Source: Candidatus Nanoarchaeia archaeon (GTDB lineage Archaea; Nanobdellota; Nanobdellia; Woesearchaeales; JANQNC01). Taken from it: DNA of 32,000 nucleotides. Where the stretch lies: the NCBI GenBank assembly GCA_028279745.1, contig JANQNC010000001.1:870001-902000 (forward strand). Direction: 5' to 3'. The position numbers and the translations under genes are program-made. Below the pieces are notes generated by a model that saw only the letters and a program-made list of their open reading frames with translations, was not told the DNA's origin and ran no database searches. This document shows positions 1 through 8,784 of this stretch, in pieces; the stretch's first letter is position 1, and every line of letters starts with the position of its first letter.

Positions 1-2
1 GA

Positions 3-719
3 AAAGTAATCAATGTAACAGATGCAAAAGTAAGTAGTGCAGTGAAAGGAGAAACTCTTTATGACACAATAAAGATGGTTGAAAGCTATTCTGACGTTAT
101 TGTAATGAGACATAACAAAGATGGAGCTGCAAGATTTGCTGCAGAAGCAACAGGAAAGCCCGTAATAAATGCAGGAGATGGTAAAAATCAACATCCGACA
201 CAGACAATGTTGGATATGTACTCAATCCAAAAAACACAGGGGAAACTGGATGGATTGACAATAGCAATGGTTGGAGATCTAAAATATGGAAGAACCGTAC
301 ACTCATTAGCAACTGCAATGTCACACTATAACACAAAATTCAGATTTGTCTCGCCATCATTCTTACAGATGCCGGATTATTCAATAAAAGAGCTAGAAGA
401 AAAAGGGTTAGATTATTCATTACATAAAGATATGAATGAGGTAATAAAAGATGTTGATGTTTTATACATGACAAGAGTGCAGAAAGAAAGATTCTCAGAT
501 GCTTCAGAATATGAAAAAGCAAAAGATATGTACATACTAACAGGAAACATGCTGGAAGGAGCAAAAGGGAACATGAAAGTAATGCATCCGTTACCAAGAG
601 TAAATGAGATACAACCTTCAGTAGACCAAACAGCATATCATTATTATTTTGACCAAGCAGCAAATGGGGTGCCGATAAGACAGGCACTACTTGCTTTAAC
701 TTTGGGTGTTATGAGATGA
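3..719 (+). CDS. pyrB: aspartate carbamoyltransferase catalytic subunit, 5'-truncated by the window edge
   Basis: The frame is open from nt 3 ([22 protein letters not shown]...). ATCase motifs are present: KGETLxDT, HPTQ (GKNQHPTQ) and HPLPR ([11 protein letters not shown]). It is followed by pyrI with an ATGA overlap. Confidence 0.93.
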   Translation, partial: KVINVTDAKVSSAVKGETLYDTIKMVESYSDVIVMRHNKDGAARFAAEATGKPVINAGDGKNQHPTQTMLDMYSIQKTQGKLDGLTIAMVGDLKYGRTVHSLATAMSHYNTKFRFVSPSFLQMPDYSIKELEEKGLDYSLHKDMNEVIKDVDVLYMTRVQKERFSDASEYEKAKDMYILTGNMLEGAKGNMKVMHPLPRVNEIQPSVDQTAYHYYFDQAANGVPIRQALLALTLGVMR

Positions 720-1174
720 CTGAATCAGAATATACAATACAAAAAATCAAGAACGGAACAGTGATAGATCATCTACCTTATCTAACACATCTGTGGTTGG
801 TAGGAAAGATACTCAAATTTCACAAGCTAGACGAACCAGTCTTGATAGCGTCAAAACTTAAAGGAGAAAACGGATATAAAGGAGTAATCAAAGTAGAGAA
901 CAAAGCATTGACGCAGGACGAATACAACAAAATAGCGATAATAGCTCCAGATGCAACGGTAAATATAATAGAGAATTATAGGGTGGTTGACAAAAAGAAA
1001 GTAGAATTACCTGATGTTCTGGAAGGGATAGTTAAATGTGCAAATGAAGGCTGCATAACAAACAATGAAAGATGGGCAAAATCAAAATTAAATGTTTTGG
1101 ATAGAAAACCGCTGGAACTCAAATGTCACTATTGTGAGCACACATTTGGAAGAGATAATGTTTATATTCTGTAA
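716..1174 (+). CDS. pyrI: aspartate carbamoyltransferase regulatory subunit
   Basis: It has the N-terminal [14 protein letters not shown] motif and a C-terminal 4-Cys zinc domain (CANEGC ... CHYCEH). It is about 150 aa and overlaps the pyrB stop (ATGA at 716-719). Confidence 0.9.
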   Translation: MTESEYTIQKIKNGTVIDHLPYLTHLWLVGKILKFHKLDEPVLIASKLKGENGYKGVIKVENKALTQDEYNKIAIIAPDATVNIIENYRVVDKKKVELPDVLEGIVKCANEGCITNNERWAKSKLNVLDRKPLELKCHYCEHTFGRDNVYIL

Positions 1175-1804
1175 TCACTTTAGAACTTTACCTGTCTTGA
1201 TATACCAAAGATAAAGATCTAATTCTCCTTGTTTAAGACTTAAAGAATCACAAAGTTTATCGAGAACTTTTTCAAACTCTAAATATTTCTTTTTGTTCAT
1301 GGTCTTTGGCAAAGTTATCAGCTTCATTTCTGCCATCAGTCTTTGGACATGTTTGTCAAGAATCGCATAATCTAAGAAGCCAACATTTCTTAGAAAGTGA
1401 GAGGCTTCTTTATAACCCATACCTTTTATGTTTTCAACTAACCACTGTCTCTTTTCATTTTTGTTTTTTATCTTTTTTAGAATATCTTTAATGTTTTTAT
1501 GCTTGTTTGCTAAGTGGATAAAATGAGCCCTTCTGTTGTAAAATCTGTACTTTGCTTTTTTTAATCTCTTTGCAAGATCTGCTTCAGTTTTGTAGTTGGT
1601 GAAGCCTTTATAACCAAGCTCTTTCTGAATTCTTATCCCGAGTTCTGCAGAAGTGTTGGCAGTTAGAATGCAGAAGCATAATTCGGAGAACCAGTCTTTG
1701 TTATCTTTCTTTTTTAGACTGTTAAATTCTTTAATCCTTTTATCAATCTGTTTTTTAATATCAGAATTTCTAACATCTTCGACCTTTTCGATAAGGAAAT
1801 CCAT
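1175..1804 (-). CDS. ogg: N-glycosylase/DNA lyase (8-oxoguanine DNA glycosylase, Ogg2-type HhH-GPD)
   Basis: It has the helix-hairpin-helix motif GMGYKEASHFLRNVG followed by AILDKHV (Lys/Asp catalytic pair) and the FCILTANTSA motif. At about 209 aa it has the typical Ogg2 size. Confidence 0.8.
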   Translation of the reverse strand: MDFLIEKVEDVRNSDIKKQIDKRIKEFNSLKKKDNKDWFSELCFCILTANTSAELGIRIQKELGYKGFTNYKTEADLAKRLKKAKYRFYNRRAHFIHLANKHKNIKDILKKIKNKNEKRQWLVENIKGMGYKEASHFLRNVGFLDYAILDKHVQRLMAEMKLITLPKTMNKKKYLEFEKVLDKLCDSLSLKQGELDLYLWYIKTGKVLK

Positions 1805-1921
1805 TTTATAACAGGAAATTATTCCTCTTTTATAAAGCTAGTTAAATTGATACAAAACTATTTATACTTAGAGCAGAACCCCAATATAAAAGAGGTTTTG
1901 GTGGAAATATGGTTAAGGAGA

Positions 1922-3058
1922 ATGAAACAAGACTTAAAGGTGAAAGTATTAAGCATCACATCTTTATTTCCGAATTGTATTAATAGAACTCGGGGAATTT
2001 TTGTTTTAAATAGGCTTAAGGCACTGAGCAAGTATGCAGATATAGAGGTTATAGCACCAATACCTTGGTTTCCTTTTTTTAAGAATGGAGGGGGGCCTCC
2101 TTTTTTTGAAAGAATTGAAGGCATCAAGGTATATCATCCAAAGTTCTTTTCAATTCCTAAATTCTTTAAATCTTTAGATGGATTGTTTTTCTATCTTTCT
2201 TTAAAAAAATTCAGGAAAAAAGCTATGAATTCAGATATTATAGATTCTCATCTGGGTTGGCCAGATAGTTACGGCGCTTGGTTATTCTCAAGAAAGTACA
2301 GAAAGAAGTTTTCTGTTACTTTGAGAGGTTCAGATGTGCACTTTTGGGCAAAACAAAAGAGTACTTCACATAAAATAAAAAATATGATTTTTCGATCAGA
2401 AAAGGTTATTTCAGTATCTAAAGAATTGAAAATGTTAGTTAAAAGGAAAGATGTAGAAGTTATTTCAAATGGTGTTGATTTGGAACAATTTGTTAAAGTG
2501 AGTAAAGTAAAAGCAAGGGAAAAGATAGGTGCAGATGGAAGGAAAAAGATAATTCTTGCAGTAGGAAATTCTTTCTTTAGAAAAGGATTCTTTGATCTGG
2601 TAAGTGCAATTGCTGAATTAGATTCAAAAGAAATTTTATTGTTGATTGTGGGTAAAGATAAGCCAAGGGTTCATAGTAGGATAGTAAGTAAGATAGATAG
2701 ACTTAATCTTGGCAAAAGGATTAAGTTAATTGGAAAGGTAGATAATGATCTATTAAAATATTATTATTCAGCAGCGGATATTTCTGTTTTAGCCAGTTAT
2801 AAAGAAGGGTGGCCTAATGTATTGATGGAATCACTGGCTTGTGGAACTCCTTGTGTTGTCACAAAAGAGGCAGGAGGGGAGTTTATCACTGATAGTTTAG
2901 GGATAGTAACTAGTCGCAGGGATTTAGCTAAAAACATAAAAAAAGCATTAGATAAAAAGTGGGACACTAAAAAAATATTAAAATTTGCAAAAGAAAACAG
3001 CTGGGATAAAACGGCTAGAAAATTGTTTTCTTCTTTTGAGAAGGTAATAAAAAGTTAG
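1922..3058 (+). CDS. glycosyltransferase, GT4 (GT-B fold) family
   Basis: The C-terminal motif EGWPNVLMESLACGTPCVVT is typical of GT4 enzymes. The ORF track starts at 1847, but the ATG at 1922 is preceded by taaggaga, so I prefer that start. Confidence 0.8.
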   Translation: MKQDLKVKVLSITSLFPNCINRTRGIFVLNRLKALSKYADIEVIAPIPWFPFFKNGGGPPFFERIEGIKVYHPKFFSIPKFFKSLDGLFFYLSLKKFRKKAMNSDIIDSHLGWPDSYGAWLFSRKYRKKFSVTLRGSDVHFWAKQKSTSHKIKNMIFRSEKVISVSKELKMLVKRKDVEVISNGVDLEQFVKVSKVKAREKIGADGRKKIILAVGNSFFRKGFFDLVSAIAELDSKEILLLIVGKDKPRVHSRIVSKIDRLNLGKRIKLIGKVDNDLLKYYYSAADISVLASYKEGWPNVLMESLACGTPCVVTKEAGGEFITDSLGIVTSRRDLAKNIKKALDKKWDTKKILKFAKENSWDKTARKLFSSFEKVIKS

Positions 3059-3126
3059 TTTCTTCTTTTATAAATAAAGTTAGTCCAACCACAAACTATA
3101 TATAGTATAATCCATAATTTCAGTGT

Positions 3127-3774
3127 ATGATAAGCATAATTAGAACTATCTGGTTAAGATTACTAAACAACTTATTCAAAAAGAAAAAAGAGGTAAAGAT
3201 AGGACTATACGGGCCTCCAAACGCAGGAAAAACAACATTAGCAAATAAGATATGTGGAGACTGGCTGGGAGAAGAGATGGGAACTGCTTCAGGTGTAGCA
3301 CACGAAACAAGAGAGATCCAAATAAGAGAAGAAGTAACAATAAACAAAGGAGACAGATCATTAACATTTAACTTGGTGGACACACCAGGGATAGCAACAA
3401 AGATAGATTATGAAGAATTTCTAAAAGAAGGAATCCCTGAGGATGAAGCAAAACAAAGAGCGAAAGAAGCAACTAAAGGAGTAATAGATTCAATCAAATG
3501 GTTAGATGACATGGACGCAGTTGTAGTTGTTTTAGATTCAACAACGGACCCTTACAGTCAGGTAAACGTAACAATTCTAGGAAACTTAGAAGCAAGGGAT
3601 GTTCCTGTATTGCTTGTAGGAAATAAAGTTGACACAGACCAAGCAGATATCAAAAAGATGAGACAAGCATTCCCACAATATGATATAGTTGGAATAAGTG
3701 CATTACAAGGGGATAATATAGAAGACTTTTACGAAGCACTATTTACAATAACATCAAATCAAGAAAAAAATTAG
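3127..3774 (+). CDS. small P-loop GTPase (TRAFAC class)
   Basis: The GTPase motifs are G1 GPPNAGKTT, G3 DTPG, G4 GNKVD and G5 SAL. A hydrophobic/basic N-terminal segment precedes the P-loop. A Zn-ribbon gene lies immediately downstream. Confidence 0.8.
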   Translation: MISIIRTIWLRLLNNLFKKKKEVKIGLYGPPNAGKTTLANKICGDWLGEEMGTASGVAHETREIQIREEVTINKGDRSLTFNLVDTPGIATKIDYEEFLKEGIPEDEAKQRAKEATKGVIDSIKWLDDMDAVVVVLDSTTDPYSQVNVTILGNLEARDVPVLLVGNKVDTDQADIKKMRQAFPQYDIVGISALQGDNIEDFYEALFTITSNQEKN

Positions 3775-3793
3775 TTGAAAAAAGAGGTGAAAT

Positions 3794-4243
3794 ATGCCAC
3801 ACGAATGTGTAAGATGTGGAGAAGTCTATCCAAACGACTCTTCAAAAATAATAGAAGGTTGTGATTGTGGTAGTAAACTATTCTTTTATGTTAAACAAGA
3901 AGTAGCTGATAAACTGAAGCATGAGTCGGAAAGATTATCTGAAGAGGATAGAAAGCAGATAGAGAAAGATATCTATGAACTGATAGAAGAGACTGATGAA
4001 AAAACAGAAGAAGATCCAGTTAAGGAAAAAATAAAAAAATCAGTTAAAAAATCAGACAAAGGGGTGGTTGTCGTGGATATAGAATCAATAAAAATAATAG
4101 AGCCTGGTAAATATGAGATAGATTTGGCAGGATTATTCAAGAAAAAACCTCCAGTCTATGGTGTGGAGGATGGAAAGTATGTTGTGGATTTAAACACAGC
4201 ATTTGAAATGGCTAAAAAAGAAAAAGAAGAAAAGAAAGAATAA
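3794..4243 (+). CDS. Zn-ribbon protein with an acidic/lysine-rich linker
   Basis: The N-terminal CxxC...CxC ribbon (CVRCGEVY...CDCGSKLFFYV) is followed by a charged low-complexity region. An SD-like gaggtg lies upstream. The gene follows the GTPase closely. Confidence 0.65.
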   Translation: MPHECVRCGEVYPNDSSKIIEGCDCGSKLFFYVKQEVADKLKHESERLSEEDRKQIEKDIYELIEETDEKTEEDPVKEKIKKSVKKSDKGVVVVDIESIKIIEPGKYEIDLAGLFKKKPPVYGVEDGKYVVDLNTAFEMAKKEKEEKKE

Positions 4244-4246
4244 AAA

Positions 4247-5050
4247 ATGGGATTTGAAATAGACAAGAAAAATAAGAAGTTAGTAAAAGTAGTTGATAGA
4301 GTATCTAAGAATAAAACACTTCAAACATATTGGGTGTGTTCAAACATAAACGCAATAGATAGGATGGGAATACATGACCATGGTAAAACACACGTTTACA
4401 TAACCGCAAACCACGCACTAGAGATGATGAAGTTGTTGAAGCAGAATAAGATATATCCAAGCTTAGTTGAGAATTTTTCTTTGAATAAGAATATCAAAAA
4501 ATACAAATTAGACTATAATGATGCGGAAGTTGTTGTATTGTTGGCATCTTGTTTGCATGATATTGGGATAAGTATGCACAGAAGTGGACATTCATTAAGC
4601 TCAACATACATAGCAATACCAATACTTGATGAATTATTAAAAGGAATATACCCTGAAGAAGAGAAAACAATAATAAAATCAGAAGTTCTGCACTGTATTG
4701 TAACTCACGATTCAAATGCTGAACCATTAACAGTAGAAGCATCAGTAGTAAGGATAGCAGATGCTTTAGATCTGACAAAAGGAAGAGCAAAAATACCTTT
4801 CTCAGTCGGCACAACAGACACGCACGTAATATCTGCAATGGCAATAAAAGACCTAAATATAAGGACATCCTCAGAAAAACCAATCGTAATAGATATAACT
4901 ATGGGAAACTCAGCAGGAATCTTCCAGATAGAGAAACTTCTTAAATCGAAAATAAAGGGAAGCAAGCTAGAAAACGATGTTAAAATAGAGGCAACAATAG
5001 ACCCTTCCAGAGAAGACAAGAACATTCCCAGGAATATAACCTTTGAGTAA
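4247..5050 (+). CDS. HD-domain metal-dependent phosphohydrolase
   Basis: It has an H...HD...D pattern: HDHGKTH, CLHDIG and VRIADALD. There is no GYP motif, so it is not an HD-GYP protein. Confidence 0.65.
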   Translation: MGFEIDKKNKKLVKVVDRVSKNKTLQTYWVCSNINAIDRMGIHDHGKTHVYITANHALEMMKLLKQNKIYPSLVENFSLNKNIKKYKLDYNDAEVVVLLASCLHDIGISMHRSGHSLSSTYIAIPILDELLKGIYPEEEKTIIKSEVLHCIVTHDSNAEPLTVEASVVRIADALDLTKGRAKIPFSVGTTDTHVISAMAIKDLNIRTSSEKPIVIDITMGNSAGIFQIEKLLKSKIKGSKLENDVKIEATIDPSREDKNIPRNITFE

Positions 5051-5120
5051 CCATTCTTGAATAGAAACATATAAATACTTCTTTACAACATTTAGTATAT
5101 TCTTAACTAGGGAGGGTGAA

Positions 5121-6143
5121 ATGGCTAAAATAGTAGGAATAGACCAAGCACTAAACGATATTACAGTAGATGTAAAAAGTTCATTCTTAAGAAAGTTAGG
5201 CATTCAAAAAGGAGATAGAAAGACAATAAACGATGCGGAATTGGAGAAAATTCTCCCAGTCATAGAATCTTTACAGACTAGAGCAGGAGGAACTGTGAGA
5301 AATGTAATAAGGAATTTAGCTTCATTTGGAGAAGATACGGGCTTAATTGCGGCAATAGGAAATGATGCAAGAGGGAAAGAGTTTAGAGAGTCACTTAACG
5401 GAATAAAAGACTTAACAGTTCAATACCCTGGAAAAACAGGAGTGGTTATAGCATACCTTACTGAAGAAAAAGAAAGATCGTTCCAAACTTATTTGGGAGT
5501 GTCATCACAGCTATCAAAAACATCAATAGAAAAAAGAATAAAAGAAGGTGAGTTTGAAGATACAAAAGTATTAGTTATGTCTGGGTTTTTATTTGAAAAG
5601 ATAACTGCACCACTATATTCTATGGCGTGTTACGCCCTTGATTACGCAAACAAGAACGGGATTAAAGTTGCACTAAGTTTGGGTGCGATAGGATTTTTAG
5701 AAAGAAACTCAAAAAACATAATGCGAATCCTAAATAAATATGAAGTTGGGCTAGTATCATTGAATGAACAAGAGATAAACACTCTGACAGGAAAGAAAGA
5801 TTACAGGGATTCTGCAGTAAAAATAATGCCTTACTGTGATGTACTTACTATAACAAGAGGTCACAACGGGATATTTCTGAAAACAAAAGATGTTGAGACA
5901 GGAATAGGTTTAAGTGAAAAAGATAAAGTCGCAATAAAAAGTAAAAATGGTGCAGGTGATGCAGCATTCTCAACAGTAATCTATGAATATGCAAATTATC
6001 CTTTTAATGTGAGTATAGTGGGAAGAGCGGCAAACAAAATAGCGGGGAAAGTGATATGTTCAGATTCTTCAAGCATAGATAAAAAAATAGATTATTCCAA
6101 GATAAGGGATGAAGCCAAAAAAGAATTTTATGGTATAAAATGA
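5121..6143 (+). CDS. PfkB-family sugar/nucleoside kinase
   Basis: The N-terminal motif is GGTVRNVIRNLASFG and the C-terminal ATP motif is NGAGDAAFS. The SD gggagggtg lies upstream. Confidence 0.8.
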   Translation: MAKIVGIDQALNDITVDVKSSFLRKLGIQKGDRKTINDAELEKILPVIESLQTRAGGTVRNVIRNLASFGEDTGLIAAIGNDARGKEFRESLNGIKDLTVQYPGKTGVVIAYLTEEKERSFQTYLGVSSQLSKTSIEKRIKEGEFEDTKVLVMSGFLFEKITAPLYSMACYALDYANKNGIKVALSLGAIGFLERNSKNIMRILNKYEVGLVSLNEQEINTLTGKKDYRDSAVKIMPYCDVLTITRGHNGIFLKTKDVETGIGLSEKDKVAIKSKNGAGDAAFSTVIYEYANYPFNVSIVGRAANKIAGKVICSDSSSIDKKIDYSKIRDEAKKEFYGIK

Positions 6144-7189
6144 AAGCGATAAAATGGAACGCATTGTATAAAATAGTGCTAGAACTAAACAGAAGAGTAG
6201 ATGATTTTTCAGTTTATGAAAATTTAGCAAAAAATGTTCTTCCAACTGTGCTGCTTCTTAATAAGACGCATCTAACACTTTTTGATGAGAATGGAAGCGC
6301 ATCAAAAGAGTATCTTCATGGGTTTACTAAGGCAAATATGAAACTTTTAGGTGAAAGAGGAATTGTTGAGGAGACAAAAAGAGATCTACTAAAAGAGGGA
6401 ACGGTAGTAATAGTGAATGATACGCAGAAAGATAAACGAGCTGATAGAGACATAGCAAGAAAACTAGATGTTGGTTCATACGCAAACATAATATTTAGAG
6501 CATACGAAGATGAAACCCCTTCAGGATATTTGCATCTGTGTAAGTCAATGAAGGCAATAAAAAAAGGAGAAGTGCACAGGTTTACAAGAGAGGATATACC
6601 TTTTTTGGGTTCTGTGGGGGGGCTAGTTGCAATTTCGTTAAGGAATTTTGGTCTTTATGAGAAACTAAACTATGAAGCATTAACACATGGGTTAACAAAA
6701 TTGCCAAACATGCGATCTTTTTACAGGACACTTGATCAAAAATTGAGAGAGGTACAAGAAACTAAAGAAAACTTTTCAGTTGTGATGTCTGATATAGATA
6801 ATTTCAAGAGGGCAGTTAAGAAATACCAACATTTGGCTGGAAGTGAGATAATTAAAGAGCTAGCACGTCTTCTTAGAGAAAATATAAAAGATGAAGACTA
6901 TGTTTCAAACTATGCGGGAGATGAGTTTATATTCCTGCTTCCAAAAACAAAAAAAGAAGCAGCAGCAGTTCTAACCGATAGATTGAGGGAGGTTATTTCT
7001 CAGCATACTTTTTATCCAAAACATCCTAGAACCAGAAAAAAAGAAGAGTACAGAATGACCTGTTGTTTTGGGATAGCTGAATCAACACCCTCAATCAGCA
7101 GGGAAGAGATAATTAGGAGAGCAGATTATGCTTTAAATAAAGCAAAAGAAGAGAAAGGGAAAAACGCTTCGTTGGTTTATAGGAAATAA
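6140..7189 (+). CDS. GAF-like sensor plus degenerate GGDEF-domain protein (AGDEF)
   Basis: GGDEF-fold landmarks are present (LTKLPNMRSFY, SDIDNFK, YAGDEFIFLLP), but several conserved substrate-binding positions are substituted. The start overlaps the PfkB stop (ATGA at 6140-6143). Confidence 0.75.
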   Translation: MKAIKWNALYKIVLELNRRVDDFSVYENLAKNVLPTVLLLNKTHLTLFDENGSASKEYLHGFTKANMKLLGERGIVEETKRDLLKEGTVVIVNDTQKDKRADRDIARKLDVGSYANIIFRAYEDETPSGYLHLCKSMKAIKKGEVHRFTREDIPFLGSVGGLVAISLRNFGLYEKLNYEALTHGLTKLPNMRSFYRTLDQKLREVQETKENFSVVMSDIDNFKRAVKKYQHLAGSEIIKELARLLRENIKDEDYVSNYAGDEFIFLLPKTKKEAAAVLTDRLREVISQHTFYPKHPRTRKKEEYRMTCCFGIAESTPSISREEIIRRADYALNKAKEEKGKNASLVYRK

Positions 7190-7308
7190 AATGGGAGCTG
7201 TAAAAGTACGTGAAGAATTTAAGTCACTATCTGGGTTGCAGAACTCTGCTTAACGAAGCAAAAATAACAAAAAGATATAAACAAACTTTACAAAAATAAT
7301 AAAAGAAA

Positions 7309-8784
7309 ATGAACAAGGAACTGTTTAAACATATTGATGTTGAAGCCTGGAAAAAAATACAGGATAAATTCTCAAAATCTATCGGTTTGCCAGTAATAAC
7401 TATCGATGAAAAAGGGAATGAACTGATAACATCGGAGTTTCCATTCTTTTGTCAACTTATAAAGTCAAGAATAGGCGAAAAATGTCTTAAATGCAGAGAA
7501 CAGTATTTTGAAAGATTGAAGAAGCAGGAAAATAAGATATTGGTTTATTATTGTCATGCAGGACTTCTGAATATAATGGTGCCGATCCATGTAAATGGAA
7601 AACAGATGGGTGCAGTAGTCTGTGAAGGTGCATTGAACACAGACAAAAATATAGCAAAATGCAGAAGATTGTCTAAGGAAACAAGGATACATACTCTTGA
7701 GCTTTTGGATGAGTTAAAGAGTATGAGGTTGCGTAGGAATAAAGATATAGAAAAGTATGCGACACTGTTGTTTTTACTTTCACAAACAATACCTGAAGTA
7801 GTACATGAAAAACATGAAGTAGAAAAGAAAGCAAATGAGCTTCAGATACTAAATAGTATGAGTGGGATATTAAATTCTTCGCTTGAGATGGATAAGATCA
7901 TGGATGAAGTTATCAAGTTCTTATGTGAGATGCAGATGGTGGATGGTTGTTCTATCATATTATTAAACAAAAACGAAAGATATGGCAATGAGATAGAACA
8001 GAAAATATTGTACCCTTTGGAGAGGAGGATAATACAACAGATAAAGAAGACAAAAGAGACAATAACTGTTAAGGATTTCCAATCAGAACCTGAGTTTGAG
8101 GATTTGCCAAAAGTACATTACAGCGCGATGATATCAATCCCTTTGATATCTAAAGGGGAACTGCAAGGAGCTTTGAATATCTATCCGAAGCCAGGTGAAG
8201 AGATAACTGAGAATGATTACAAATTCTTTTCAATCATAGCAGATCAGATAACGATGGCGATAATAAACGCACAACAGTATGAACTAATCAGATTAATGGC
8301 AATAACTGATAAATTGACAGGGTTATATAACAGAAGGCATTTCATGAAAATATTAGATAATGAAGTAGAGAGAGTGAAGAGGACAGAGAAGTCGATTTCT
8401 ATTGCGTTGATAGACTTAGATAACTTTACAAACTACAACAATACCCACGGGCATCCAGCAGGAGACAGACTATTACAAAAAATATCAGAAATATTCAGAA
8501 AGAATGTGCGTACTATCGATACTGTTGGGAGATATGGTGGAGAAGAGTTCATAGTTATTTTACCTGAAGCAGACATAAATCAAGCAGGAGAGATATCAGA
8601 AAGACTAAGAAGATTTGTTGAGATAGAAGATTTTGAAGGCCAACACGCAACAATAAGCATGGGTGTAGCAACATTCAGAGGGAATGTCCCAGACAAAGAA
8701 CAGATGATACAAAAAGCAGACGAACTTCTTTACAGAGCAAAAGATTCAGGAAAAAATAAAGTAGTTTCAGAAGAGATACAATGA
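7309..8784 (+). CDS. PocR-GAF-GGDEF diguanylate cyclase
   Basis: The N-terminal region is a Cys-containing PocR-like sensor (GLPVITIDEKGN...FC...CLKC...YYCHAGLLNIMVPI) and the central region is GAF-like. The C-terminal domain has LTGLYNRRHF, DLDNFTNYNNTHGHPAGD, RYGGEEFIVILP and an RTID I-site five residues upstream of GGEEF. Confidence 0.88.
   Translation: MNKELFKHIDVEAWKKIQDKFSKSIGLPVITIDEKGNELITSEFPFFCQLIKSRIGEKCLKCREQYFERLKKQENKILVYYCHAGLLNIMVPIHVNGKQMGAVVCEGALNTDKNIAKCRRLSKETRIHTLELLDELKSMRLRRNKDIEKYATLLFLLSQTIPEVVHEKHEVEKKANELQILNSMSGILNSSLEMDKIMDEVIKFLCEMQMVDGCSIILLNKNERYGNEIEQKILYPLERRIIQQIKKTKETITVKDFQSEPEFEDLPKVHYSAMISIPLISKGELQGALNIYPKPGEEITENDYKFFSIIADQITMAIINAQQYELIRLMAITDKLTGLYNRRHFMKILDNEVERVKRTEKSISIALIDLDNFTNYNNTHGHPAGDRLLQKISEIFRKNVRTIDTVGRYGGEEFIVILPEADINQAGEISERLRRFVEIEDFEGQHATISMGVATFRGNVPDKEQMIQKADELLYRAKDSGKNKVVSEEIQ

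Noticed and set aside
97-687. These are long antisense ORFs inside pyrB (97-336 and 340-687 on the minus strand). Similar ones lie at 4494-5203, 16955-17395, 20119-20682, 21392-22157, 22105-22728, 27360-28976 and elsewhere.
   Set aside because: They lie opposite genes with clear family motifs. Their Leu/Phe/Ser-rich, low-complexity translations are what the reverse complement of purine-rich (GAA/AAG-rich) coding strands produces. None has a recognisable motif or a start context.
4247-5050. The HD-domain protein might be the missing c-di-GMP phosphodiesterase (HD-GYP) for the nearby GGDEF genes.
   Set aside because: It has no HHExxDGxGYP-type motif, only generic H...HD...D residues. It is separated from the GGDEF genes by its own promoter region.
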